64,000 nt of DNA from Vicugna vicugna (taxonomy: Eukaryota): NCBI GenBank assembly GCA_013265495.1, contig MU058836.1, positions 682,001 through 746,000 on the forward strand, given 5' to 3'. The notes beneath the pieces are model-generated. The model did no database searches and had not been told where the DNA came from. It saw only the letters and a program-made list of their open reading frames with translations. This document shows positions 1 through 12,759 of the stretch, piece by piece. Both the position numbers and the translations under genes were made by a program. Positions within the stretch are counted from its first letter, which is position 1; the number at the start of each line of letters is the position of its first letter.

Positions 1-265
1 TGTTTGTTTGTTTGTTTTGGCTTTTCACTTAGCTCCTCCCTCTGATGCAAACAGCACTGGGAAAGACAGAATAACTCAAACACCCCACTTCACTGATGCC
101 CTGATGCCCTGGCATGGTTAAGATAAATATGTTGCCATCATGATACTGGTTTGATTTTCAAGTCTAATGTTCAGATGTCACTATTTCCTCTTAGGAACTA
201 TGCCTAAAGTTTAGATACATTGCCCCCAGCTGGATGATGATTGCTGAATTATGATATTTATTTAC

Positions 266-798
266 TGTATTCATTTTGTATTGCTGTGTAATAAATTACA
301 ACAAATTTAGTGAAATCAGGGCACTGTGTGGCTGGGTCCTTTGCTTAGGGTCTCCCAGGCTGAAATCCAAGTGTCAGCTGCAGCTCTCATCTGGGGCTCA
401 GAGTCCTCTTACAGACTTATTAGTTGTTGGCAGGATTCAGTTCTCTGTGGCTGTAGGACTGAGGTTTGTTGGCTGGGGATCTGTCTCAGCTTCGAGAGGC
501 TGCTCCTTTCCATCGGCAGGCGGTTCACTACATATCTGGATGCCTTCTTCTGGGCCAGCAGAAGTGTTTCTCTCTGATGTCTTCCTTTGCTACCAGTCAA
601 GGAAAACTCTCTGCTCTTAAAGGACTCACCTGATTAGAGCAGGCCTACCAAAGATAATGTCTCTTTTGCCATATAACATATCGTGATCAATAGATCAATG
701 TCTCAATATATTCATATGGTCCACCCACACTCAAAAGAGGAAGGGATTATATGAAGGCAAGGATCATTGCAGGTGATCTTAGAATTCTGCCTGCCACA
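266..798 (-). mobile_element. MaLR (MLT1-type) solo LTR
   Basis: TG...CA ends, MLT1-like text (attgctgtgtaataaattac...ggcaggattcagttc), and a 5-bp target duplication tttac/tctac. Confidence 0.8.
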
Positions 799-897
799 TC
801 TACTTACAGAACAGCGTTTATGTTTCAGGCACTGCACAAAGCACTGTGGGTACAAAAATGGATTAGCTGCTGCCTTCCAGTTGCTCACACTCTAGCC

Positions 898-1403
898 CTG
901 TGCTGTCCAACACAGGAGCCCCTCACCACATGTGGCTATGGAGCCCTGACAACGTGGCTAATTCAAACTGTGATATGCTGTAAGTGTAGCGCTGGATTTT
1001 AAAGAATTAGTACACTCCCCCCTAAAACTGTAAAATGTCTCATTAATATCTATGTATTAATTACATAGCAAAGTGATAGTTTTCCGGATACATTGGTTTC
1101 AATAAAATACATTATTAAAGCTAACCCTACCTGTTCCTCTTTACTTTTTAAAAGCATCTGCAGTTGACCCTTGAACAACGCAGGTTTGCACTGCACGGGT
1201 CCACTTATAGGTGGATATTTTTCAGTAGTAAGTGTAACAGTACTGCCCGGTCTGCAGTTGATTGAATCTGCAGATGAAGAGGAACTCTGGAAAGGGAGGG
1301 CTGACTGTCAGCTATATGCAGCTTAACCCCCTACTGTGCAAGGGTCAGCTGTACTTAGGAAAACTAAAAGTCACAAATGTAGCTAGCATAGGGGACAGTC
1401 CTG
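898..1403 (+). mobile_element. hAT-Charlie MITE (MER33/MER3-like), interrupted by a Tigger-type MITE
   Basis: Ends ctgtgctgtccaa...ggacagtcctg; flanks ctctagcc/gtctagac fit the nTCTAGAn hAT target preference. Confidence 0.75.
1161..1351. mobile_element. Tigger2-derived MITE (MER8/Tigger2a-like)
   Basis: Terminal inverted repeats cagttgacccttgaaca ... tgtgcaagggtcagctg, followed by TA. Confidence 0.85.
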
Positions 1404-2199
1404 GTCTAGACCAAGAAAAAGACAAGCACTTCTTTGCGCACCAAGTGCCAAGAGAAAAGAAGCCCATGATGTTTGCGGCGCACAGAGTGGGAGAGGTCAG
1501 TTTAGCTGGGGAAGAGAGTGCAACTACGGAAGGCTTCCATCGCTTGGCTTCCCAGTCACAGCAAGCAGGGCACACTCTCCCATGCACTGGTCCTTTTCCA
1601 AAAGACAGGAATTCTTTATCTAAAACTGCAAAGCAATTACTAGCGATTTCTTGATTTTAGAAGACACAATTCACAGTAAGATTTTAAAACAAATATAAAT
1701 GCTCAAATACAAGTTAACACTTTTCTGACAAGCCTTGAACTGCTTGCTCTCCATCCACCTGGACCTTCCCCTTACTTTTCTTGGACCCCAGCAGACAGAG
1801 CCAACTCCCTCTCTGAGCTACATCATTGTAGGTCAGAACTTCAAGGCTGTCATCACTGAGAGCAGCCTGGCTCCTTCAAAAGTCCTTGCAGGCTGTGATT
1901 CTTTGGCTTTTGGTCGCTTTTGATAGAGGGTGGCTATTACTAGCTTAATTACAGAGTAGTTAGTTACCTTCTTGTCCCTCCCAATGAGTTCAAAGAGCTT
2001 TCTTTGGCTTCCATGACTTATGACGAATCAGAAAAAGAAATGTTGAAATGCGATCTATAAAATTTTTTCTATAATGGTCTTTTTTTTTTTCCCCATTGGG
2101 AGAGTCCCTGTCACTTATCTTTTTAAACTAGGTCCCCTTTCCCATAAAGACCCATGTGACTAATGTTTACTCATTAGACAAATACTTTTATATGCAAAT

Positions 2200-2490
2200 A
2201 TTTAATACTTGTTAAGCATGTGCTATGGATCAGATGCTGTGCTAAGCAATTACATCATCTCATTTAATCTTTACAGCTCAAAAAGGTAACAATAATAATA
2301 TGATACTGACAATTACTGTGTGCTTGCTCGGTGCCAGGTACTTTTCTAATTTCTTTTTATTTGTGAAGTTAATTTAAGGATTAAATGAGATCACATATGG
2401 GAAGTGCTAAGAATAGTGCCTGACACTGGCAGAAGCGCTCAATCAATGTTAGCCAATATTTAATCCTCACAAAGGTCCTATGATATTATT
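2200..2490. mobile_element. MIR fragments
   Basis: MIR-like motifs catttaatctttaca, ggattaaatgagat and aatagtgcctgacac. Confidence 0.6.
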
Positions 2491-3999
2491 CTTAAGTTTT
2501 TAAAGAAGTATAGTCAGTGTACAGCATTGTGTCAGTTTCTGGTGTACAGCATAATGTTTCAGTCATACATGTACATATTTCTTTTATTGAAGTATGGTCA
2601 GTTTACAATGTTGTGTCATAGTATCATTTTTATTGTAAAATAAAGACATGTAAAGTGAGGTCTAGAGGGCTTAAATTCCTTACCCTAGATCAGTGTGCAC
2701 GGCGTCACCTGGAGGGCTTGAGTTTCTGATTCATGGGGCCGGGGTAGAAGCCGGGAATGTGCACTTCTGGCCCATTCCCAGTGGGGCCCCCGACGCTGCT
2801 CAGGGGTCACGCAGCTCTGACCGCGCTGTTCCGAGAGCCCTCACCCCGCTGCTCACGCTCTTCACCACTACTCCACACTCCCTCTTTGCCATCTTACAGT
2901 AGCAAAGCTTCAAGTCTCTGAAGACCGAGCTCATGTCAGCACTTAGACAACTAAACAAATTAAAAGAGTTTTAAAAGATGGTGTGAAATGATTGACTTAC
3001 ACAACATATTGGGAAATGTTGAACCAAACACCAAACAGGTCATCAGTTCTCCTAAGGACCGTGCCGTTCATAAGTTCTCATTAGTAAGGGCATTCGCTCA
3101 CTTCCAGCCACCACATATGCTGGCAAAGATGAGTGCTGTCTTGTCTAAATATGCATGTAGATGGGCATTCCCATGCAAATTATGGCTTGTTCTTAAAGAG
3201 GAAGGATGCACACCATCTTCATGATAAGGATTTTCTCCAGAGAGGGAAAAAAAGGGCTATGGGATGAAGAGGAATTCACCAAGGTTATAATTAGAATATC
3301 AATGTTTTTGTTCTTTAAAAAACTGTGAAACAATGCTGGCAAAACACTCAGATTTGTTAAAGCTGGTGCATAAGGACACAGGTGTTTATTATATTATTCT
3401 CCATATTTTTCTAAATCTTTGAACTATTTTCTAAATACATATTTTTAAAGGACCCTATGCCTCCTAGTTAGTATGGAAATCACATGGAGGAAAAACAGAC
3501 ACAGCTCCACTCCCCAGGGGAGTGCCTGCCCAGTGAAGTGGCCCTGAATCAAGCATGCATAGACAGTCAGAGTCACAGACTGCCATCTGTTTTACAAAGC
3601 TGAGATTCAGAGGGCTAGGAAAGCCTTTAACTCTGATACCTGACCTGGACTTGGAGTCAGGGATGTGGAAATTCAGCTCTGAGCTGAAGGACAAGTGTTA
3701 ACCAGGAGCAGGTGGGCTGGGGCACAGAGAAAATCGTTTAAAGGCCAAGTCTTGGGAAGCAGTGAGGAGTTTTCAAAGGAATGAAAGCAAGTCTGTGGGC
3801 CTGAAGAGCTGTGAGCAAAGAAAAGGATAACATAAGACAAAGCTTAAGAAGCGGGCAAGGGCCAGACCATGCAGGACCACATGTAGGACTCTGGACTTGA
3901 TCAGTGCCTTGGCGAATGTGATGAGCTGTCAGGGTCACCTGGAAATAGGCTGAAACTATAAACGTTAAAGCCTTGGCTACTAAGCAGCTATAGGATAAC

Positions 4000-4190
4000 A
4001 AGTGGTACACTGGCAAACTGGATTTCCAAGTTAAAAGAGCAGTGAGCCCTGGCTGAAGTGTTGGCCGATTTCTGTGTTGTAAATACTCTCACTGTGTCTG
4101 ATCTCAAGCCACCCCCATGAGGTTACAGAATATGAAGCTGGAAGAGGTGTGCAGGCGGAGCAGATACAAGCTGGTTCCTGTTCACCACTG
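4000..4190. mobile_element. hAT-Tip100 MITE (Arthur1/MER69-like)
   Basis: Degenerate inverted ends agtggtacactgg ... cctgttcaccactg. Confidence 0.5.
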
Positions 4191-4746
4191 TACCACGCCT
4201 CAATTCTGGAAACATTCTAAATGGAAATGATGCTGTGTACTTTGGAATTAGTGAGCAAGAAGCAGTTGTTGATAGCAGATAGAATAGAATGCGTTTTTTT
4301 CAGAGAATAAATAGAAAATGTTCTCTTATTTTATGAAGGAAGTCACTGGCATGAATGTTAGGTTTTACCACTTTCTGTAATCAAATCAGAACTGACCATG
4401 ATTTCAATCTAACCTTGACTTTCTAAGCCTCATTCATCCTTTGTTTCCTTATGCGTAAAATGAGGGATCCCTTGAAAGGATAAAATATTATTTTATGAAA
4501 TGAAGTCTTTTATAACCAAGACCTAATTTACGCCCATTAAGGGTTATAGTTTTCTAGTTTCATTGTTAGGGTCTGAGGGCACAAAAAAAATCAGCCATCT
4601 GCTGCTTGCTAGCGGTTTCTGACTCATAGGTCAAAATTTCTTCTCTTCTCTGTATGTCAGAGAATCACCACTGAGGCTGGTGAAGTGATCTGGCTTTGCA
4701 TTTTCAGCACCTAGTCCTTAGCTTACTATGAGGAGACATCTAATGG

Positions 4747-5385
4747 TACAAGCAAACAGGGTAGGGGGTCCCCGGAGAAGAGAACCAGGAATGGCTTTCT
4801 TGACCTAAGAGAAGCCATGTTGGCCTAAGCTATTTTGTGATCTAAGCCTGGCCACAGTGCTTACCCTTGAATAAGTCTCAGTGACAATGCTCTTTAAAAA
4901 AATTTTTTTTAAGTAAATAAATATAAAATAAACTTAAAAAAAATCTTAAGAAAAGTAAGGGAAGGCAGAAACAAAGGAAAATGAGTCAAGAAACAACAGT
5001 TCTGCAATAAAACAGAGTCCGAGCTCCTCCCTGAGAGATGTACATAATCTGACTTGGTCTTCGAATCCTGCAGGAACTCAGGCCCCCACCAGGTGGAGGA
5101 CGGAATGATGACGCTGGCCCCCTTGATGTCAATCAACTATAGCCTGGACTCTCTTGACCTTTGCCCCAGTTCTGCGCTGAATTCCCCTCAGCTCAAGCTC
5201 CTTCATGAATAGGCATGGACCCTCAGCTTAAAACTTGCCCAGTTTTGCTGTTCAGGGAGTTCACTACTTTGGGAAAGATCCCCAGTGTTCTCCATACTTG
5301 CTGCCAGTAACAATAAACCCATCCTTCTCCTGATCTCTGGCTTTTGGCTCTCTCGGCTCTACACCCACCAGGTTTGGGGTTAACA
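4747..5385 (+). mobile_element. ERV1-type solo LTR
   Basis: About 640 bp, with a TATA-like cttaaaa near 5227, AATAAA near 5312 and a ...taaca end. Possible 4-bp target duplication atgg/atag. Confidence 0.7.
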
Positions 5386-6729
5386 ATAGGGCAAATACCT
5401 GTATAACTAATGTAAGCACTCTTTATGTCCAAAACTTATTCCAGCAGGACATGGGATTCATTCTACAATTAAAATTTCAGATACCGAATTTTCTACAGTC
5501 ACTCTCAGTGATGAGCGGCTGTGTATGAGGTCCTCTGGAATCCCTGACTTTCTAAAGTTTAAAAGAAAAAGAAATCAGGACTACCTCATGAGTCCCAATT
5601 TGGTATACCACAAGTGTTTTCAGCACCTTTTATAAACCAGGTTAGACAGCAGGTGGAATTTCCTGATTGTGAAGTTTTTTGCTTTTTTACTTTTTAAGAC
5701 TGCAGTAAGAGCGGTCTCCTTAACAAAGGGTGTGAGGCAGAATCTTCCAGCGTCACTGGCAAGGGGCTACAATAATTTCCCCTAAGAAATATTCCTGTAT
5801 GACTCATTTATTGCATGAAATGTAAGTGAATGGTGGCACATGCTTGCATGGAATGTCATTTGAAATCTTTCCAAGGATTGTTATTATTTTAGAAACACTC
5901 CATTACAGTAATTTATCATGAAATCATATTCACTCATGCTTGCCTCAAGGGCTGTATCTGGAGCCCCAAAGAGCCACACAGGGGCACATGGCCATGGATT
6001 GGCCACACTGCTCTGAGAGAGACTATCTAAATTTTGATTATGGCCATGAATTTTCATACAAACCCCCAAATTAGGGAGGAAAGTAGAATGAATTACCAGG
6101 TACCTATCACCTAGCGTCCATAATTCTCAATTCATGGCAGATGGTGTTTTATCTCCCCGGCTCCCTTCCCCTTCTCATTCATCCAGCCCACACTGAATTC
6201 CTGAGAGCTTCCAAAGGAAGTCACCGAACCTTAGCCTGTGGCAATAACGACTACTCACATTCCTTCCCAGAGACTACTTTCCTGCAATCTTGCAGTTTGA
6301 GCACAGCCATCAAAGAAGGAATGAACGCATTTCCCAAGGCAGTCTGTACATATGCTCACGGGTTTTCATCAATCATGTAAGACAATGCCATTTTCAGTTC
6401 AAACTACAGTGACTCATCAAGCCAGAGGGGTGGATTGTTGAGGACAAACGGCAGCTTCCAGTTTAACCTGCTCTTGGACTGTGAACACCTGTATAGTCGT
6501 CCCGCCATAAACCTCTCCTTGCCCCTTCTGTAATGAGAGACACTGCTTACCAAACCCTGAACCTTACTGGTACAATAAGAAATGATTTTAATATTTATTG
6601 CAGGAAACTTCCATTTTTGGTGAGTTTAAATTTAAATCAAGTTCCAAAGTAGGTTTATACCTTTACTTTAGAAGTAAACCACTGAAAAAGCACGAGGAGA
6701 GAGTTTGATTCTTTCAATCAGCAATTTTT

Positions 6730-7330
6730 CTTGAAGAAACAATCAAGCCAGTTGCCAAAAATGTAGGTATTAGGGTGTTCATTGCAGTAGATTGAGTATT
6801 AGGAAGATACTGGAAACAATTATCCAACAATAAAGGATTGTGGAAATAAACTATGGAACATCCACGTAGTAGAATATTATGAAGTCTTGAAGAATGAGGG
6901 GGAAATGTTTGTGATATGTTACACAAAAGAAAAGTGTTATCTTTAATAAAAAAATTGTGGGGAAAAAAGAGATGAAAGAACCTATAGATTAAAAGAAATT
7001 TATGAGATATATTAGCCAATTGCAATGTATTATATTGCCTTTATAAGTTCAAGCACGTACACCTATGGGAGGGCACACACACAAAAACTGAGGGAATCTG
7101 AACAATGACCAGCTATTGAAAGATACTATGGAAATTTTTATAATTTTTTTTAAAGTGAGAGTGATATTTTTTAAGCTCTACATTTAGAGATAAAATGCTA
7201 TGCTGATGGGTGTGTAAGACTATAGATGAAACAAGTTAACAAAATTTGAGGGTTCACTACACTCTACTCTCTACTTCTGCGCACGCTTAAAATTAAGCAC
7301 TGTAAAAACACCTTTAAGTTCTAAAACAGT
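6730..7330 (+). mobile_element. Old L1 (L1M) 3' fragments
   Basis: A-rich text with L1 3' UTR motifs (gtgttcattgcag, aaactatggaacatcc, tatagatgaaacaag). Confidence 0.55.
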
Positions 7331-7434
7331 ATATATACTGTGATCCTATTTATTAATTTCAGATATTTTTCTTATTCTTCTATATGAAACATGAAAAATT
7401 TTCAACACTTTTTGTAATAAATTGTTTAACAACT

Positions 7435-7996
7435 TGAGCGAAAGACAGGAGGGAAGAGGGCAGGGCACGACTGTTTAAAGAATGACACAGCTGTGGAGGC
7501 AAACAGGCCACAAAAAAGACTGGACAGAACCGACCGGGCCCAAGATGGTAGAAGATTCAACTTTCAACAGACCTTGAGCGCCTCCAGAGACGCTCGCTGT
7601 AACACATCAGCACACTAAATGGCACACCCACAGGCGCGGTGACCATAAAAGCCCCAAAAGTAGGCAGCGGCCCAATTCCTGGAAATTTCCGCCCCTTTCC
7701 CAAAATAGTTAGAATATTCCTCCCACTTTCTTAGCATATGAAATCATCCAGCCCATAAAAGCTAACAACCTCATACCCAGGGAGGGCTCTCACTTTCTGA
7801 GACGATGGATCCACATTCTACCTGTGGAGTGTGTGTCTCTCTAAATACATTTTGCTTTCACTTTACCATGTCTTGCTCTAGAATTCTTCCCTGCGCAAAG
7901 CCAAGGACCCTCACTTGGCAGCCCATCCCAGGACAGGAATTCACTTGAGACGTGGGACTGACCATTCTCTTGTTCCCCCCTTCCCCTGCAATGCCA
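7435..7996 (+). mobile_element. MER41-like ERV1 solo LTR
   Basis: Segments ttcctggaaatttccgcccctttccc and gctttcactttac...gaattcttccctgcgcaaagccaagga resemble MER41-family LTRs; TG start; relatively CpG-retaining. Confidence 0.65.
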
Positions 7997-9319
7997 ATTT
8001 ATAATAGACATTAATCACCCAAAATTTGCTATTTTCCCATTATTTCTAATACAGCACTGTGTTCATAAACTGTTAAAAATTCAGTGTAAGATGAAGTCAC
8101 ACATTGTCTCAGATTTGTTCATCTATGCACCGAAGGCCCATACACCAGTTATGAAGTGAATTTCATCCTACGGCCTGGGAGCAATTTATTCCTGAAGCAA
8201 GCAAAAGAGACAACCACAACTCTTTTGAAATCCTGGGCTTTCAAGTTGCAATACAAAGCTAGATCTTCATAAACAAAACAAGGAAGCAAACTGAATCTCC
8301 CAGCAGACGAGTGTAGAGAAACAAACAAAAACTCACTTTATGTAAATGATTTGGATAGTTTATAAAATTTTAGTTCATACACTTCTGCCTAAATTGGTAA
8401 TAAAATGTGATTTTTTTTCCAGGTACCACGTTTGCTTTTGCTGTTATGGTGGCTGGAATTACCTTAGGTAGGAAAAAAATCAGTCACCATGACATTACAC
8501 TTCCAAGCTCCTAAAAGAGGCACGTAAGCCTGAAATGGGCCTTCCAGAGAGTGACTGTAAGCATACAAAATGGAATGAGGGTAAATCAAACATAAGTACT
8601 TACCATATCTGAGCCTCTGTGGATAGGAGAGGTGTGTTGTGCTGTGAAACTTGCTCTTGCTTAAAAACTCAGCCACAGCCCCTGTGTGTAGGAAAGAGCA
8701 CAATCTGGAAATTGGATTTCTGTGATCCTGCTCGAGTCCTCCAAGGCTCCAAACTGTTTAACTGCCTAGAGAATTCTGCTTTGCTTCTAAAATTGGTCTT
8801 TTCTCCATGGCCCTCTCAACCTCAGGCCCTGTGCCCCACTGGGGGTGGCTAAGTTCTGCCCCACTCACACTCTGGAGCCCAAGTTCACCCTCTGTCCCAA
8901 GTGAGGCTCTGCCCCACCAGAGTGGGGTGTGGTCTAGGCCTTGCTGCCCAGTGGCAAGATGGGTGCAGGGAGCAGGAGGCTTCTCCCCTCACTCCTCTCG
9001 TGACATCTCAGGATTTTTGGTTTCCTGATGACTGCCTTGGTCAACACCCAGAGAGGAGCCCTGAGTCCCGGCCTTCTGCCCCTAGACACAGCCCTTTACT
9101 CCTCCAAGAACCACAGGCTGAGGTCTGGCTCCCTAGGAGGGGACCACCTGGAACCACACTGCCCCCTGGTGGATGCTGCTCTTCCTGCCTGGAGACGGCT
9201 GCAGCCAGCCCAGCCCCTCACTCCCTGAGTGGCATCCAAACATCTCCTTAAGTGGGGATTAAAGAATAATATGCCACACCTGTTAAAAAAAAACATAATT
9301 GGAACTGTAGGATATTCCT

Positions 9320-10062
9320 CAGTGGTGTGCCAATTGATAAATTTTTAGGCTTTCTACAAGTTGGACTGTTAAACACTATCATTCTTGAAATTTAAATTAT
9401 ATAAACTTAAAATTAACTTACATTGAAAACAAAGGCCATAAATACTCAAAACTCATCACTTTATTTTTATAATTCTTATTTTTTATTGAAGTGTGGTCAA
9501 TTTACAACATTAGTTTCGGGTGTACAGCAAAGCATTTTGGTTATACATACACATTTTTTTCAGATTATTTTCCATTATAGCTCATTTTAAGATATTGAAT
9601 ATAGTTCCCTGTGCTATACAGTAGGTCCTTGTTGTTTATGTGTTTTATATATAGTAGTGTGTATCTGTTAACCCCAAACTCTTAACCAATCCCTCCCCCA
9701 TTCTTCCCCCGGGTAACCAGTTTGTTTTCTACGTCTGTGAAAACGCATCACTTTTTAATAATCTTACTACATTTTACTATTTTCTATGCTCATTTATTTA
9801 TATCTATTGTTTTCTGGATGGTAGAAATTACTTTACGTGTCAAATCATGGTTGAATTGCAACCATGGTTTGGCTATGGATACACGAGTTCAGCAAAATTC
9901 AGTGAAAGCATTCAGTGAGAGTCAATCAGCTACATGGAATTTAAAATAAAAAGTACTGTATATTTTATCATTATTTATAAATTGTGTGCTACAGACCATT
10001 TATGTTAGTAAAATTTATGAATCGATATTATCTTTTTTTTCAGGAGAGCTGTTAAACTACAG
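9320..10062. mobile_element. hAT-Tip100 (Arthur1-like) fragment, split by an L1 insertion
   Basis: Starts cagtggtgtgcc and ends near ggagagctgttaaac; AT-rich body. Confidence 0.5.
9463..9739 (-). mobile_element. 5'-truncated L1 3' end
   Basis: T-rich tail, then ttattgaagtgtggtcaatttaca...ccctgtgctatacagtagg. 15-bp target duplication aaaactcatcacttt (9448-9462) / aaaacgcatcacttt (9740-9754). Confidence 0.9.
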
Positions 10063-12759
10063 TGTCCCTTCCTCCCACCCCAGGACCAGTTCTACAGTCT
10101 CAAATTCTCCTAGTTCTGCTCACAACCCATTGCTGACTTTGAGAGCTGGCTGGAGGGCAGGATGTTCATACCCAACCCCCTCTTGGGTCATCCTGCCCAG
10201 GTGGAGGGACACCCATTAGCAGAACCCAGCTGGCCTCTTCTGCCTCTTTACACATCCTTCCCCTGGGTCGGGGGCGGGGTGGGGGCTGAAGTGACTTACC
10301 TGGCTGGTGAGTTTAGAAAAAGAAATCATGCATGGCCTAGCTCCTGACTCTGTTCCGTTTCCTAGAAGCTACCCACAGGGGGCATCTTTCTCCCATGGGA
10401 AAGCCTGCCATACTCTGTTGTTGCCTGAGGCTGATGTGCAAGTTGGGCAAATTCTGGAGCTTGGTGTTAAGACCTCCACTTGCTCAAAGACAGAAGTAGC
10501 ACTGATGGGTAATGAGGGCCATGTATTGGCCTCCACCTGCTGACTCCTTTGTCTTATTTCTCATTGGTTCAAAAATGGAATGGGGAAAAGGAGTGCTAAT
10601 TATTGGATCCCTCAGAAACTCCAAAAGGGTCCTCTTCCATCAGCCTTTGTCCTGAGGTCACAGGATGTCTTGTGGCTGTGCCCAAATGTGTTGGTATGCA
10701 TAAGCCTTTTCTAAGAAAACTTGACTGGCATATTTATTTGATTCTAATTCCTTTTATTACCAATATGTATATATGAAATAATGCTTACACAGTAGAGCAT
10801 TCTTTTCTATGCCAAATATTGTACATATGAACACTGACCTTGAAAAACAAGTGTTACTAATGACCTAGAGTGTTTAAGTAACTTTCTCAAGGTCACTAGG
10901 TGACAAGCTTGTCGTCTGATTCCAAGGCCCTTGCTCCCCTTCTCTTCCTCCCACCCCCAGCCCTCCTGTCTTCTCTCCTCTCCTTTCCTCTCTCTCCTTC
11001 TCTCTGTCACCCGTCCGTCCACCACTCCTTCCCTCATTTCCACATAATCTAGCCCTTTGACACTACAGAAAACTAAGACAGCACTGGAAGTCTCAGGTTT
11101 TTTTTTTATACATGTATTTATAATTTTAGAATTTACATATAAATTTGTATATAATTATATATACATAAATTCTAAAAAAAAAATAATAAATTAATTAAAA
11201 TTATACAAAACCTTACCCCAACAGCAGGGCCCTCAAGAAACTTGGCAGCAGGTAGTAGGTAAACCGTGGCTGATTTTTTAGCATCCTCCTCAGGTTTCCC
11301 ATGAGGAACGTCCAGCATCCTAGTCAAGATCCTGGGGGAGGAGGTCACAAAGAAACGAGTGTGCATGGGGGAGACCGCAGGACCGCATCAAGAGAGGGTC
11401 TGTGCCAGCCTGACCTGGGGGCGGGGCTCTGGGTGGAAAATGCAGCCTTTCCTCAAATGGAGTGTTTCCTGTTACCTCCAACTCAAGGCTTCTCTCCCTG
11501 GGGTCAATAGTTGTGCAACAGTTCAGGGACTGAGCAAACAATCTAGAAACTACTTGCAGAATGATTTTGAGAAGAGAAAAAAATACATATATATGGAAAA
11601 TATATACATGCATATATGTATTTCCCTTATCGAAAAATATATATTTGGTTCTTAGGGGAGAGGGTAGAAAAAACTTACTCTTTTTACGTATAAAGCACAG
11701 ATAATACCAACATACATATAGAACCTAAACAAATACACAGTGTATCTGTGGTATTAAAATTTCATGGAGGGGAAAAAAAAATTTCATGGAGGGAATATTA
11801 AGAAAAACATGTCTGAAAAGGCTCCCTAGGGGATCAATAATTTTTTTCAAATGGCTGAAAAACACTGATGTATACAAAGAGCCCAGCAGACTATGGGACG
11901 CATGGTAGGTATCAATACATGAGAATTGTTGTTGCTGTTTATCGTGGTTAGTTGTTCTTATGATTGTCCTACAAACTAGAGAACCGTGCCATCCCATCAT
12001 GGTTAGGGTGGAGAAGAGGGTACTGTGGCAAGTTCCCAGATGAAGTTAGTGTAGGGTGGATCCTGCGTGAGCTAGAGGTCCAAACTGCCCGGGGTTCTAG
12101 AAAATAAGCAGATTCTTGTGTATCACTGGGATGACCCTGGGATGCTCAGAGACATTTGTGCAGGAGGCTGTTAAAATCCAAAGAGCAAGGTATGGCACAG
12201 AGGTATGTGAGACCACCCAGTTTAATCCTCTGGGAAAAGGACACGCCCCCTGCCCCCCAAGTCATTTTTTCCTGGCCTAGAACTGTACCACCAAGTTTTG
12301 CGGGCCTGCCTTTGTTTCTCCTTAGAGAACCTGGCTTCGAGGAGGCACCCAATATTTGCGTTAATACGGGGTTGGAGCGAATGTTGAGCAACTTCTCACG
12401 CGTGATGCATGTGCTCTGCAGTTTGAAGGAAAACCACGTTTTCCACTGATTATTCTTAAAACCAATGCTTCTGTTACTTTTAGTGCACAAAGTGGCTTCG
12501 TATACAATATCTTATTAAATCATCATAATAACCCTAGTCAGGTCAGTATTATATCCCCACTTGAAGGACAAAGAAGCTGAGGCTGAGAAGTTCATTTATT
12601 TTAGTTATGTGTCCTCTTAGCTAACCGGTAATGTGTAGCAGAGCTAGCCCCCTTTCTCCCACACTACACCACCGCTAACACTCCTTCCCACAGGGGAGGA
12701 AGACACATGAAATGGGAAAGCTATGGAGGAAAAGCCATACCCTGGGACTTGCGTATCCC

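Noticed and set aside
10930..11210. Pyrimidine-rich tract followed by an AT-rich tract
   Set aside because: Ordinary low-complexity sequence with no clear mirror symmetry and no exon behind it.
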